Shown in pieces: positions 53,684-63,668 of a stretch of DNA of 64,000 nt. Within the stretch, counting starts at the first letter, position 1. Every line of letters starts with the position of its first letter. The notes beneath the pieces are model-generated. The model was not told the origin of the DNA. It saw only the letters and a program-made list of their open reading frames with translations, and ran no database searches. The position numbers and the translations under genes were made by a program. Source of the stretch: Dermatophilaceae bacterium (lineage in GTDB: Bacteria > Actinomycetota > Actinomycetes > Actinomycetales > Dermatophilaceae). The DNA is taken from positions 1-64,000 of the forward strand of contig JBAOHD010000024.1 in the NCBI GenBank assembly GCA_037046615.1. Reading direction: 5' to 3'.

Positions 53684-54622
53684 TCAGTCGCGCGCGAGCG
53701 CCGTCACGACTCGGCTCGCCGACGGTCGGCCGAGGTGCCCGGCCATCCACGCGGACGTGTTCACGAGGGCCTCGAAGTCGATCCCGGTCGCGACCCCCGC
53801 GCCGTGCAGCGCCCACACGAGATCTTCCGTCGCGAGGTTGCCGGTCGCGCTCTTGGCGTAGGGGCAGCCGCCCAGGCCGCCGGCGGACGAATCGACGATG
53901 GTCACCCCTTCGCGGAGGGCCGCCAGGGTGTTGGCGAGGGCCTGCCCGTAGGTGTCGTGGAAGTGGACCGCGATGGCCTCCCGCTGGATGCCCGCATGGT
54001 CGAGCCCGTCGAGGAGGGCGCGCACATGGCCGGTGGTCGCCACGCCGATGGTGTCGCCGAGACTGAGTTCTTGGCAGCCGAGATCCATGAGTTGGGTGGC
54101 CGCATCGACGACCTGGGCGACCGGCACATCGCCTTCCCACGGGTCACCGAAACACATCGACACATAGGCCCGCACCCATAACCCCGACTCGCGCGCCCGC
54201 GTGACGACCGGCGCAAACATCGCGACTGACTCAGCGATGCTGCGACCAAGGTTCTTGCGAGCGAACGTCTCGGTGGCGCTGCCAAAGATCGCGATGGCTT
54301 GCGCCCCGCTGGCCATGGCGCGATCAAGGCCGCGCTCGTTGGGGACGAGGACGGGGCGGTCGACGGCCACACCCGTGGGGCCGAGCAGGGCCAGGACGTC
54401 TGCGGCGTCGGCGAGTTGGGGCACCCACTGCGGGTTGACGAAAGAGGTCGTCTCGATAACGGGCAGGCCCGCCGCGGCGAGGCGGGTGATGAACTCCGCC
54501 TTAACCGAGGCCGGCACGACCGTCTTTTCGTTTTGCAGACCGTCACGGGCGCCGACCTCGTAGATCGTGACTCGGGGTGGGAGGGTTGGGTCTCGCTCCA
54601 CCTGGGGTGACCGCACGAGCAC
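53684..54622 (-). CDS. hmgL: hydroxymethylglutaryl-CoA lyase
   Basis: 312 aa: RVTIYEVGARDGLQNEK...ETTSFVNPQWVPQLADA...HFHDTYGQALANTLAALREGVTIVDSSAGGLGGCPYA. Confidence 0.85.
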   Translation of the reverse strand: MLVRSPQVERDPTLPPRVTIYEVGARDGLQNEKTVVPASVKAEFITRLAAAGLPVIETTSFVNPQWVPQLADAADVLALLGPTGVAVDRPVLVPNERGLDRAMASGAQAIAIFGSATETFARKNLGRSIAESVAMFAPVVTRARESGLWVRAYVSMCFGDPWEGDVPVAQVVDAATQLMDLGCQELSLGDTIGVATTGHVRALLDGLDHAGIQREAIAVHFHDTYGQALANTLAALREGVTIVDSSAGGLGGCPYAKSATGNLATEDLVWALHGAGVATGIDFEALVNTSAWMAGHLGRPSASRVVTALARD

Positions 54623-54732
54623 GTCCTTTCCTCAAGGTCCTTCGATTCTGGCACCCGGTCTCGCCAGATGCGAGCGTCGCCCGCCTCGCGCCGTCACCAG
54701 GTACCCTCACCCTGGACTGTCAAGGAGGCCCC

Positions 54733-55332
54733 GTGAGCGACCACGATCCGCACAATCCGTCACCGGCAGCGGACCCGACACCGTTCGCTCCGCCCTCACC
54801 TCCGGCCGGAGCGCCCACACCTGCACCTGCACCTGCACCACTTCCGTATGCCGGGCAACAGGCCCATTCGGGGCAGCCGCCGTATGCCGGGCCGCCGCAG
54901 CCGGGCTACCCACCCCCACCCACGGCCTACCCTCAGTACGGCGCACCAGGCACCACGGCATACCCACCTCCGGGTGGGCCCCCGCGATCCGGGCCTTACC
55001 CACCGCCGGCCGGCTATCAGCCAAGCCCCTACGGCCAGGGCGGGGGGCCCGGCCCTGGCGCCCCGGCATACCCAGCCCAGCTCGGATCGCGCCCACTGGC
55101 CCCGAGCAAGGTCTCGCCGATCATGCTCCTCGTGACGTCTGCCCTCGGGGTGCTCCTGACGGGTCTCGTCGGTCCACCGAGTCTCGTGATGTCGATCATC
55201 GCCCTCATGCGCGGCTCGACGGAGCCGGCCAAGGCCGCCCGCATGACAAAGCTCGGCTGGATCGTCCTGGCCGTCAACGCCGTCGTCGGCATCCCGCTGA
55301 TCATCCTGCTCATCATCTGGCTGCGACGTTGA
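54733..55332 (+). CDS. Pro/Tyr-rich protein with a C-terminal two-TM DUF4190-like domain
   Basis: GTG start. PPYAGPPQPGYPPPPTAYPQYGAPGTTAYPPPGGPP... C-terminal SPIMLLVTSALGVLLTGLVGPPSLVMSIIALMRGSTE...IVLAVNAVVGIPLIILLIIWL. Confidence 0.55.
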   Translation: MSDHDPHNPSPAADPTPFAPPSPPAGAPTPAPAPAPLPYAGQQAHSGQPPYAGPPQPGYPPPPTAYPQYGAPGTTAYPPPGGPPRSGPYPPPAGYQPSPYGQGGGPGPGAPAYPAQLGSRPLAPSKVSPIMLLVTSALGVLLTGLVGPPSLVMSIIALMRGSTEPAKAARMTKLGWIVLAVNAVVGIPLIILLIIWLRR

Positions 55333-55336
55333 GGCG

Positions 55337-56972
55337 ATGACTGACGGACCCCTGATCGTCCAGAGCGACAAGACCCTCCTGCTTGAGGTCGACCACGCGC
55401 AGGCTGACGCAGCCCGGCGCGCGATCGCGCCGTTTGCCGAGCTCGAGCGCGCACCGGAACACATCCACACCTATCGCGTGACCTCCCTCGGGCTGTGGAA
55501 CGCCCGCGCGGCCGGGCATGACGCCGAGCAGGTCATCGATGCGCTCCTGCGCTATAGCCGGTATGCCGTGCCCCAGCCCCTCTTGCTCGACATCGCCGAG
55601 ACGATGTCCCGCTATGGCCGCCTGACCCTCGAAAAGCACCCCACCCACGGTCTCGTGCTCCACACAACCGACCGGCCAGTGCTCGAAGAAGTGTTGCGGC
55701 ACAAGCGGATCCAGCCGCTCCTTGGGGCGAGGGTGGACGCGGACACGGTCGCGGTCCACCCCTCCGAGCGAGGCCACGTCAAACAGGAGTTGCTCAAGGT
55801 CGGCTGGCCCGCCGAAGACCTCGCCGGATATGTCAACGGCGAGGCCCACCCGATCGCCCTGCGCGAAGAGGGCTGGACGATGCGGCCCTATCAACGGCAT
55901 GCCGTCGATGGGTTCTGGCACGGCGGGTCAGGTGTCGTCGTGCTCCCCTGCGGCGCCGGCAAGACGATCGTCGGCGCTGGGGCGATGGCCGCGGCGGGCG
56001 CGACGACCCTCATCCTCGTGACCAATACGGTGGCGGCGCGACAGTGGAAGGACGAGTTGCTGCGGCGCACCACCCTCACGGAGGCGGAGATCGGCGAATA
56101 CTCCGGCACCCGCAAGGAGATCCGGCCGGTGACGATCGCGACCTACCAGGTCATGGCCGTCCGCCGGAAGGGCGTCTACGCCCACCTCGAGTTGCTCGAT
56201 GCCCGCGACTGGGGGCTCATCGTCTACGACGAGGTGCACCTGCTCCCCGCACCGATCTTCCGGATGACCGCAGACCTGCAGGCCCGTCGGCGCCTCGGAC
56301 TCACCGCCACCCTCGTCCGCGAGGACGGTCGCGAGTGCAGATGTCTTCTCCCTCATCGGACCCAAACGATTCGACGCGCCGTGGAAGGACATCGAGGCCC
56401 AGGGATACATCGCGCCCGCCGATTGCGTCGAGGTCCGCGTCACCCTCCCCGAGGGCGAGCGGATGGTGTATGCCGTGGCCGAGCCTGAAGACCGCTACCG
56501 GCTCGCGTCCTGCACCGCCGTCAAGGACCGCGTCGTCGAGCAACTCGTGGCACGGCATACGGGAGATCCCACTCTGGTCATCGGGCAATACCTCGACCAG
56601 CTCGAGACCCTGGCCGGTCGCCTCGACGCTCCGCTCATCACGGGCGAAACCCCTGTGGCTCAGCGGCAGAAGCTTTTCGACGCCTTCCGGCGCGGTGAGG
56701 TGCGGCTGCTCGTCGTGAGTAAAGTCGCCAACTTCTCGGTCGATCTGCCGGAAGCGTCGGTGGCGATCCAAGTGTCGGGCACGTTCGGCTCACGGCAGGA
56801 GGAGGCGCAGCGGCTCGGGCGTCTCCTGCGCCCCAAGGCCGACGGGCGGTCGGCCCACTTCTATTCGGTGGTATCGCGGGACACCGTGGACGCCGATTTC
56901 GCCGCCCATCGGCAGCGGTTCTTGGCGGAGCAGGGTTACGCCTATCGGATCCTCGACGCCGACGACCTCTGA
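55337..56972 (+). CDS. XPB/Ercc3-type SF2 DNA helicase, +1 frameshift near 56335
   Basis: N-terminal MTDGPLIVQSDKTLLLEVDHAQADAARRAIAPFAELERAPEHIHTYRVTSLGLWNARAAGHDAEQVIDAL..., a Walker A in VVVLPCGAGKT and DEVH in GLIVYDEVHLLPA. After ...LVREDGRE the frame switches to DVFSLIGPKRFDAPWKDIEAQGYIAP...YAYRILDADDL. Confidence 0.75.
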
Positions 56973-56982
56973 CCAGCCCGGG

Positions 56983-57816
56983 TTAGGGCGCGCGGTCCAC
57001 GAACGGACGGCGGTATGCCGCGTGCGGATCGGGTGCGCGAGGGCCGTGACCGTTGCCATCGAAGGACCCTGGCATCTCTGACGCTGCGAGAGGATCCGGC
57101 TCGATCACAACGGCACGGACGGGCTCAGGGAAGCTCGAGCCTGAGGGGGGCGCCGGCTCGTGCCTGAGATCGGAAGTTGTCTCCGACCCGACGGCACCCG
57201 CGGCTTCGGGTGTGGTCCCCGAGTCTGGCAGCGAGTCGGGCGCGTCATCGGGCTCGGACGCCACCGCGGGCCCGGGCTGAAAGGCCAGGTTGGCGAAGAC
57301 AGCGACGAGGGCCAGACAGATCAGGGCGTGACCGCCCCACGTATAGGGCGAGTAGTCATCGCTATGCCTCAGCACGCCGAACGCCGCGAGAACCGGCTCC
57401 GCGAGCTTCGTGGCGAGCAGCGGCGACAGCACTGCGAGCGTGTAGACCGCCCCGACGACGAGGCCGCCAAGTGCGGCGACCCGGGGCCAGCGCTCCGAAG
57501 GTCCAGCAGCACGATGAACCGCCACCACCGATGCCGCCATGACGAGAGCCACCAGCGGCACGGTGCTCCACTCGACATTGCCGATCCGCATCAGCAGGAC
57601 AAGGCCCACATTTGTGAGGGGATTGCCCGTCAATTGCGGGGCCTCGACCTGCTGCCCTGACTCCGTGACCACCTCAAAGAGGAAGTCATCGAGGCCCTTC
57701 GACGCCGCGACGAGAGCGCCGACCCAGGCGACCGCCGCGGCATACAGCGGAAGCACGAGCCAGAGCGGGACGACGCGGCGCAGCCAGCGCGCTCGATCCC
57801 CTGAAGCTGTCGCCAC
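56983..57816 (-). CDS. hypothetical membrane protein (5-6 TM) with an acidic Pro-rich C-terminal tail
   Basis: 277 aa: ...VVPLWLVLPLYAAAVAWVGALVAAS...LVLLMRIGNVEWSTVPLVALVMAASVVAV... Confidence 0.4.
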   Translation of the reverse strand: MATASGDRARWLRRVVPLWLVLPLYAAAVAWVGALVAASKGLDDFLFEVVTESGQQVEAPQLTGNPLTNVGLVLLMRIGNVEWSTVPLVALVMAASVVAVHRAAGPSERWPRVAALGGLVVGAVYTLAVLSPLLATKLAEPVLAAFGVLRHSDDYSPYTWGGHALICLALVAVFANLAFQPGPAVASEPDDAPDSLPDSGTTPEAAGAVGSETTSDLRHEPAPPSGSSFPEPVRAVVIEPDPLAASEMPGSFDGNGHGPRAPDPHAAYRRPFVDRAP

Positions 57817-57934
57817 GGCGTCACTCTACGGCTCACCCGAGCGCACAGGTCCGTCATAGGCACCCCTCAGTGCTCACCCAAGATCGCGAGGTCCCATGGC
57901 CGCATGAGCCAGTTGGACACCGCACCTTCTGCCG

Positions 57935-59161
57935 ATGCCTCCGACGTCACCCGACCCACGTGGGGTCTATCCGCCTGGGTTCGGCTCCAACCCGCCCTCC
58001 CCCACGATCCCCCCGATTCCCTCGATTCCCCCGGTGACAGTCCACCGATCGCGGCGCCGCGCAGCCGACCTCGTGGTCGTCGCGGTCCTCGCCGCCGGTC
58101 TCGTCTCAAGCGGGACGTATGCCGTGACCCGCCCCAGCACCCCGACCACAGGTGCCACGGCGACACCGATCGCCGCACGCACGGTCGCTCCGGTGGTCCA
58201 GGCCGATGGCACGGCCCCCGATTGGGCAGCGACGGCGGCTGCGGTGGCACCGAGCGTCGTCTCAGTCAAGGTCACGAGCCCCCGCGCGGAAGGAGAAGGG
58301 TCGGGCGTCATCCTCGACGCCGCGGGGCACATCCTCACGAACAATCACGTGGCCACCGGGGCCGGCTCTGGAGCCACCATCTCGGTAACCCTGCACGACG
58401 GTCGTTCGTATGCCGCGACGATCGCCGGTCTCGACGCCGCCACGGATCTGGCGGTCCTCACCCTGCAGGCGCCGCCACCGGACCTCGTCCCCATCGCCCT
58501 CGGAGACTCCGACGCGCTCACCGTGGGCCAGCAGGTCATGGCGGTGGGGAACCCTTTGGGGCTCGCCGGCACGGTCACGACGGGGATCGTGTCTGCGCTC
58601 GATCGGCCAGTCAGCACCGGCTCATCCGAGTCGAGCAGCCGAGCGGCCGGTGAGCCGGTGGTCGTCAATGCGATCCAGACCTCGGCAGCGATCAACCCGG
58701 GCAACTCCGGAGGGGCGCTCGTCACGGGCAGTGGTCAGCTCATCGGGATCAACTCGTCGATCGCGTCCCTCGGCTCGGCATCAGGCCAGAGCGGCAATAT
58801 CGGCATCGGGTTTGCCATCCCGGTCAACGAGGCCAAGGCAATCGCCGACCAACTCGTGACCAAGGGCGCGGCCGACCATGCCTATCTTGGGATCTCGTCC
58901 GCCGACGGCACGGTGACCGACGGGTCTGCCTCACGGGCTGCGGCGACCATCACGTCGGTCTCCTCTGGCACCCCGGCCGCATCGGCCGGACTGCGAGTCG
59001 GCGATGCCGTCGTCGCTGTCGGAGGAAAGCGGATCGACTCATCCTTGGCCCTCGTCGCTGCGATCCGAGCGAGGCAGGTCGGTGACGTCGTGCCAGTGAC
59101 GGTCGTGCGCGACGGACAGCGCAGCGACATCACGGTGACGTTGGTGGCTCGACCGACGTGA
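57935..59161 (+). CDS. trypsin-like serine protease with a PDZ domain (HtrA/PepD family)
   Basis: TM anchor. ILTNNHVA (His region), DLAVLTL, GNSGGAL (catalytic Ser). C-terminal PDZ: GLRVGDAVVAVGGKRIDSSLALVAAI. Confidence 0.8.
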   Translation: MPPTSPDPRGVYPPGFGSNPPSPTIPPIPSIPPVTVHRSRRRAADLVVVAVLAAGLVSSGTYAVTRPSTPTTGATATPIAARTVAPVVQADGTAPDWAATAAAVAPSVVSVKVTSPRAEGEGSGVILDAAGHILTNNHVATGAGSGATISVTLHDGRSYAATIAGLDAATDLAVLTLQAPPPDLVPIALGDSDALTVGQQVMAVGNPLGLAGTVTTGIVSALDRPVSTGSSESSSRAAGEPVVVNAIQTSAAINPGNSGGALVTGSGQLIGINSSIASLGSASGQSGNIGIGFAIPVNEAKAIADQLVTKGAADHAYLGISSADGTVTDGSASRAAATITSVSSGTPAASAGLRVGDAVVAVGGKRIDSSLALVAAIRARQVGDVVPVTVVRDGQRSDITVTLVARPT

Positions 59162-59173
59162 TGAGTGGGGCCA

Positions 59174-59211
59174 GGTTGTGCCGACAGCGTCAAAGGCATG
59201 TCGGCACAACC
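59174..59211. terminator. hairpin terminator after the protease gene
   Basis: GGTTGTGCCGACA-(12-nt loop)-TGTCGGCACAACC, a 13-bp perfect stem 13 nt after the stop. Confidence 0.6.
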
Positions 59212-59244
59212 GGCTCAGATCCCCCCAGGCCACACACACACGTA

Positions 59245-59500
59245 TCCGTCCGCGTCCCCCCGGAGCAGACGCCTTCCACGCCCCCCGGCCACCGTCTCCC
59301 CGGCACGTCGTGCCCGGTGGCCATCCTGGCGCGCCCATCCCACTCCCCTGGGACTGCGCGCGGTTCGCCCTTCCGGCTGGTCCCCCCCGGAACCCTCCGG
59401 AAGGACGAACCACGATGCCATTCCCCCGACCCAGGGCATCCCACCCAAGTCGCTGGCTCGGATATGAGACGAGGTCCCCCGCCGGTCATGACAGGGTTTT
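59245..59500 (+). ncRNA. candidate C-rich structured sRNA (6C-like) in the 450-bp protease-helD intergenic region
   Basis: Six C5-C7 runs on the + strand (59219, 59255, 59280, 59382, 59423, 59476). Stem-loops with C-rich loops include CCTTCCGG-ctggtcccccccggaaccct-CCGGAAGG (59363-59400) and GGCCACCG...CGGTGGCC (59287-59331). A T5 run follows at ~59497. Confidence 0.3.
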
Positions 59501-59608
59501 TGCGAAATCTTGAAAATCTCTTCTGCGCGGGGTCCGCAAGGTGGGTCGAGGGCAGCATGGCCACGGGTCCCCGTGCTAGAGGGGCGCACGGCATACTGGC
59601 TCCTCGTG

Positions 59609-61658
59609 TCTTCCGCCGCCGCCGACCCGGTCCTTGCCCGTGAGCAGGCCTGGCTCGACCACGCTCGGCGCGAGTTGGCGAGGATGCGCGCCAAGACCGA
59701 GGCGCTGCGCGACAGCGCGGTGGGCGGGGATCGGGTCTCCACGGAGTTCCTCGCCCTCAGGCTCCACGAGCGGGTGCAGGCGTTGGTCGATGACCCCACA
59801 TCGACGGTGTTCTTTGGCGCCCTTGTCTTCGACCACGACATCGAAGGCCACGAGCGGTGGTACATCGGGCGGAGACACATCCACGACGAGGCTGGCGACC
59901 CGGTCGTCATCGACTGGCGCGCCGAGCTGTCGAGCACCTTCTACCGGGCCAGCCGAAGAGCACCCCTCGGCGTCACCCTGCGGCGCCGCTTCGGGGTCGA
60001 CCAGGGCCGACTCACGGCATACGAGGACGAACATCTCGTCGACCCAGCCGAGCAGGCGACCCGCAGCGCGATCCTCGCGGCCGAGATCGAGCGTCCCCGC
60101 GTCGGGCCGATGCGCGACATCGTCGCGACGATCCAGCCCGAGCAGGACGAGATCGTCCGGGCTGACGTCGGCACGACCATCTGCGTCCAAGGCGCCCCCG
60201 GCACCGGCAAGACGGCCGTCGGCCTGCACCGGGCGGCGTGGCTGCTCTACGCCCACCGCGAGCGCCTCGCCCGGTCAGGTGTCCTCGTCGTCGGACCCAA
60301 CGGCATCCTTCCTCGATCACGTCGGCGCCGTCCTGCCAGCCCTCGGGGAAGTCGACGTGCGACACACGACGGCGGCGGATCTCGTGGCGAGCGTGCCCGT
60401 GCGCGGTTCTGACTCCGTCGCAGCCGCCACGCTCAAGGGCGACGTGCGGCTCGCGGACATGCTCAGCCGGGCGGTGTGGTCGCACATCACCGAGCCGAGG
60501 GAGGCGCTCGTCGTCCCCCGCGGGTCGCGCAAGTGGCGGGTGGCGGCGTATCGGGTCGCCGACGTCATCGCGGAGCTGCGCGAGCGGCAAGTGCGCTACG
60601 GCGCCGCCCGCGCCATGCTCACGCAGCGACTCGCGCACCTCGTGCTCACCGAGATGGAACGCTCCGGCGACTCACCCGACGACACCGTCCAGGCCGCGGT
60701 GGCTCGGTCGGCTCCGGTGCGAGCGTATGCCGCCCGGCTGTGGCCGGACCTCACACCGACGAAAGTGCTTGCGAGGTTGTGGTCGGACGCCGACGTCCTC
60801 GCCCGCCATGCCGACGGCCTACTGAGCTCCGAGGAGCAGCGAATCTTGCTGTGGCCGAAGGCACCCCGGTCCGCGGGTGCGGCTCAGTGGTCAGCGGCTG
60901 ACGTCGTGCTCCTCGACGAAATCGCCGACCTTATCGACCGCACGCCGAGCCTCGGGCATGTCATCCTCGACGAAGCCCAAGACCTCTCGCCGATGCAACT
61001 CCGCGCCATCGGACGACGCTGCTCGACCGGTTCGGCGACAGTCCTAGGAGACATCGCCCAAGGCACCACACCGTGGGCCACCGACTCCTGGGACACCACC
61101 CTCGCGCACCTCGGCAAGCCCGGGGCGCACGTCGAGGTGCTCGACCGCGGCTTCCGCGTCCCTGCGGCAGTCATCGAGTATGCCGCCCGCCTCCTGCCGC
61201 ACATGGCGCCCGGCCTGGGGACGCCGGAGTCGGTCCGTGACAACCGCGGGTCGCTCCGCATCGACCCGACTGGAGATCGGAAAGCGTTGCTGGGCAGGGT
61301 GATTGACCAGGTGAAGGGGTGGGGGCAGGACCCAGGGTCGGTGGGTGTCATCTGCGCCGATGACGCCGCCGATGGCTTGTCGACGGCGCTGGGGCTGGCC
61401 GGTGTGCGGCATTCCGTCCTCGGCCGCCAGGCGCCGACGGAGGGCCCGCAGGTCGGCGACGCCGCAGTGACGGTCGTGCGTGCGAGCGAGGCCAAAGGTC
61501 TGGAGTTCGACCGGGTCGTCGTCGTCGAACCTGCCGAGATCGCGGCGGCCGAAGCCGACCATCGCACGGGGCTGCGCCGCCTCTACGTCGTCCTCACCCG
61601 CGCGGTCACGGCCCTGGCAGTCGTCCACGAGCGGCCGCTGCCGCCCGAACTCGCCTGA
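59609..61658 (+). CDS. helD: HelD-like UvrD-family helicase (actinobacterial RNA-polymerase-associated HelD class), +1 frameshift near 60300
   Basis: Walker A in ICVQGAPGTGKTAVGLHRAAWLL. After VVGPN the frame switches to ...FLDHVGAVLPALGEV..., then Walker B HVILDEAQDLSPMQLR and a C-terminal GLEFDRVVVVEP...RLYVVLTRAVTAL. A GTG start at 59609 is assumed; ATG at 59510 is possible. Confidence 0.7.
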
Positions 61659-61672
61659 GAGACTGACCATCA

Positions 61673-62349
61673 TGCCCGCGCTCATCCAGTGGTGGACCCA
61701 GGACCTCGCAGTCCTCTCCCCGACCGCGCTCGAGGATGCCGTGTATGCCGCAGGCGCGGACCTTCTCATCCGGTGGGGCCAGCCACACCGTCACTACCAC
61801 GGCACCCGGCACCTCGTGGAGATGTTCTGGGCGCTGGAGGAACTCGAAGACGCGGGAGAGATCGACGCCAGCGCCGGGCTCCTCGGCCGGGTTGCCTCGT
61901 GGTGGCATGACGCGGTCTACGACCCACGCGCCGTCGACGGGGCCAACGAGGCCGACAGCGCCGCGCTGGCCCGCGAAGTCCTCACGAGCCTGGAGTGCGA
62001 CGCTGCGGACGTCGACCTGGTCGAGGCCCTCGTCCTGGCCACGGCGTCACACCGCGGGGCATCCGATCCGGTGGAGAGAGCTTTCCTCGACGCCGACCTG
62101 TGGATCCTGTCGGCCCCGGCGAGCCGCTTCGACGACTATTGCGCGCGAGGTGCGCCGAGGAATACGCCCACGTGCCTGACGCGGCCTACGCCGCTGGGGC
62201 GTGCGGAGCAGCATCCTCAGGGAGTTTGCCAGCGCGTCCCCAGATCTACCGTACTGATCACGCTGCGGCTGGCTTGGGAGCCGCCAGCGCGGGTCAACCT
62301 CGACCGCGAGCTCGGGCGACTGGCAGGCCCCACCCTCGACGTCACCTGA
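61673..62349 (+). CDS. HD-superfamily metal-dependent phosphohydrolase-like protein with about 3 frameshifts at 62150-62290
   Basis: MPALIQWWTQDLAVLSPTALEDAVYAAGADLLIRWGQPHRHYHGTRHLVEMFWALEE...WWHDAVYDP... The C-terminal half is split over two frames (EEYAHVPDAAYAAG / PQIYRTDHAAA / WEPPARVNLDREL). Confidence 0.45.
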
Positions 62350-62504
62350 TCGCGCCAGTGCTTTCGCGCAGGACGTATGCCGCGAGCGGCCACCAGAACT
62401 GCCGCCCGGCCAGGAGCGCGAACTCCTCGGGGGTCGCCCACTCGGGTGGGCGTGACGAGCCAGGCTCGGCTCGCAACCTCGGGGCGCTGGCGGGCAAGCG
62501 GACG

Positions 62505-62650
62505 GCATACGCCTCCGGCCTCGAGATTTCGGTCCAGAATGCCGTCAGCCCCTCGCTGAAGCTTTGGCTCGCCATATAGAGGATCGGTCCCACCAGCAGG
62601 ACGAGGAAGTAGAGCCAGACGATCCCGATCAACAACCAACGCATGCACAT
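62505..62650 (-). CDS. cysW: sulfate ABC transporter permease CysW, N-terminal ~50 aa only (cut at the block B/C junction)
   Basis: MCMRWLLIGIVWLYFLVLLVGPILYMASQSFSEGLTAFWTEISRPEAYA matches the CysW N-terminus. Downstream of codon ~50 the sequence is unrelated and GC-rich. Confidence 0.5.
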
Positions 62651-62692
62651 GCTCCCATCTCACCCATGCCCGGCTCTGCCGGATTCATCGTC

Positions 62693-63574
62693 TCAGATTG
62701 CCGCGGTCGGCACCACGGACTCGGAGTCGCGAGGATCCTTCTGCCGGGTCCATTGAAACAATCTTGGCAACCGTTCCCCGGGACGACGGGTCAACCGTTC
62801 CAAAAGCAAGAGAACCAGAAAGGAGATCAGTAAAATCAGCACCGAGACGGACGTGGCCGCCTGGGGGTTGTAGCTCTCGATCTCCCCATACACATAGACG
62901 GAAGCGACCTGCGTCTTCATCGGAATATTGCCCGCCACGATCACGATGGACCCGAATTCGCCGAGCGCCCGCACGAAGGTGAGGAAGACGCCGGTCAGCA
63001 GACCGGGCAGGATCGACGGGACCGTGACTTTCCAGAAGGTGATCCAGGGGCTGGCTCCCAACGTGAAGGCTGCTTCTTCCTGATCGCGTTCGAGGCCCAT
63101 CAGCACCGGTTGCAGAGAGCGGATGGTAAACGGCATGGTCACAAACACCATCGCCAGGATGATCCCGGGCTGGTTGTAGAGCACCGCCATCCCGCCCTGT
63201 TGAAGCCAGGTGCCCAGCAGGCTGGTCGGTCCATAGATCGCGGCGATCATGAGGCCGGCAACCAGGGTCGGAATGGCAAAGGGCAAATCAACGAGCGCGT
63301 TGAGGAGCCACCGGCCCGGGAATTCGTAGCGTACCAGCACCAGCGCCGACAAGGTGCCGAACAGGGCATTGATGGCGGTCGCAATGGCGGCGGTTTCCAC
63401 GGTGAGCCACAGCGCTGCCGCAGCTTGAGGAGCCGACAGATCCTGGATGAACCGGTCCCATCCGGCCGCGAACGATTGATGCGCCAGCGCCGCGAGGGGC
63501 AAGAAAATCAGCACGAGCACATAGCCGACTGCGGCAGATCGTAAGGCCAGGCTGAGCAAGAGATGGGCGGTCAT
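62693..63574 (-). CDS. cysT: sulfate ABC transporter permease CysT
   Basis: 293 aa, 6 TM, ...LVDLPFAIPTLVAGLMIAAIYGPTSLLG...EAAFTLGASPWITFWKVTVPSILPGLLTGVFLTFVRALGEFGSIVIVAGNIP... GC and codon usage are lower than in blocks A and B. Confidence 0.8.
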   Translation of the reverse strand: MTAHLLLSLALRSAAVGYVLVLIFLPLAALAHQSFAAGWDRFIQDLSAPQAAAALWLTVETAAIATAINALFGTLSALVLVRYEFPGRWLLNALVDLPFAIPTLVAGLMIAAIYGPTSLLGTWLQQGGMAVLYNQPGIILAMVFVTMPFTIRSLQPVLMGLERDQEEAAFTLGASPWITFWKVTVPSILPGLLTGVFLTFVRALGEFGSIVIVAGNIPMKTQVASVYVYGEIESYNPQAATSVSVLILLISFLVLLLLERLTRRPGERLPRLFQWTRQKDPRDSESVVPTAAI

Positions 63575-63668
63575 ACGAGCGTTCTACCTTACTGGTTACG
63601 GTCACGCCTGTTCGACAGGCACCATTCCTATCGTTGGTCGTGATGATTCTTCAGGAATCATTTTCTCA

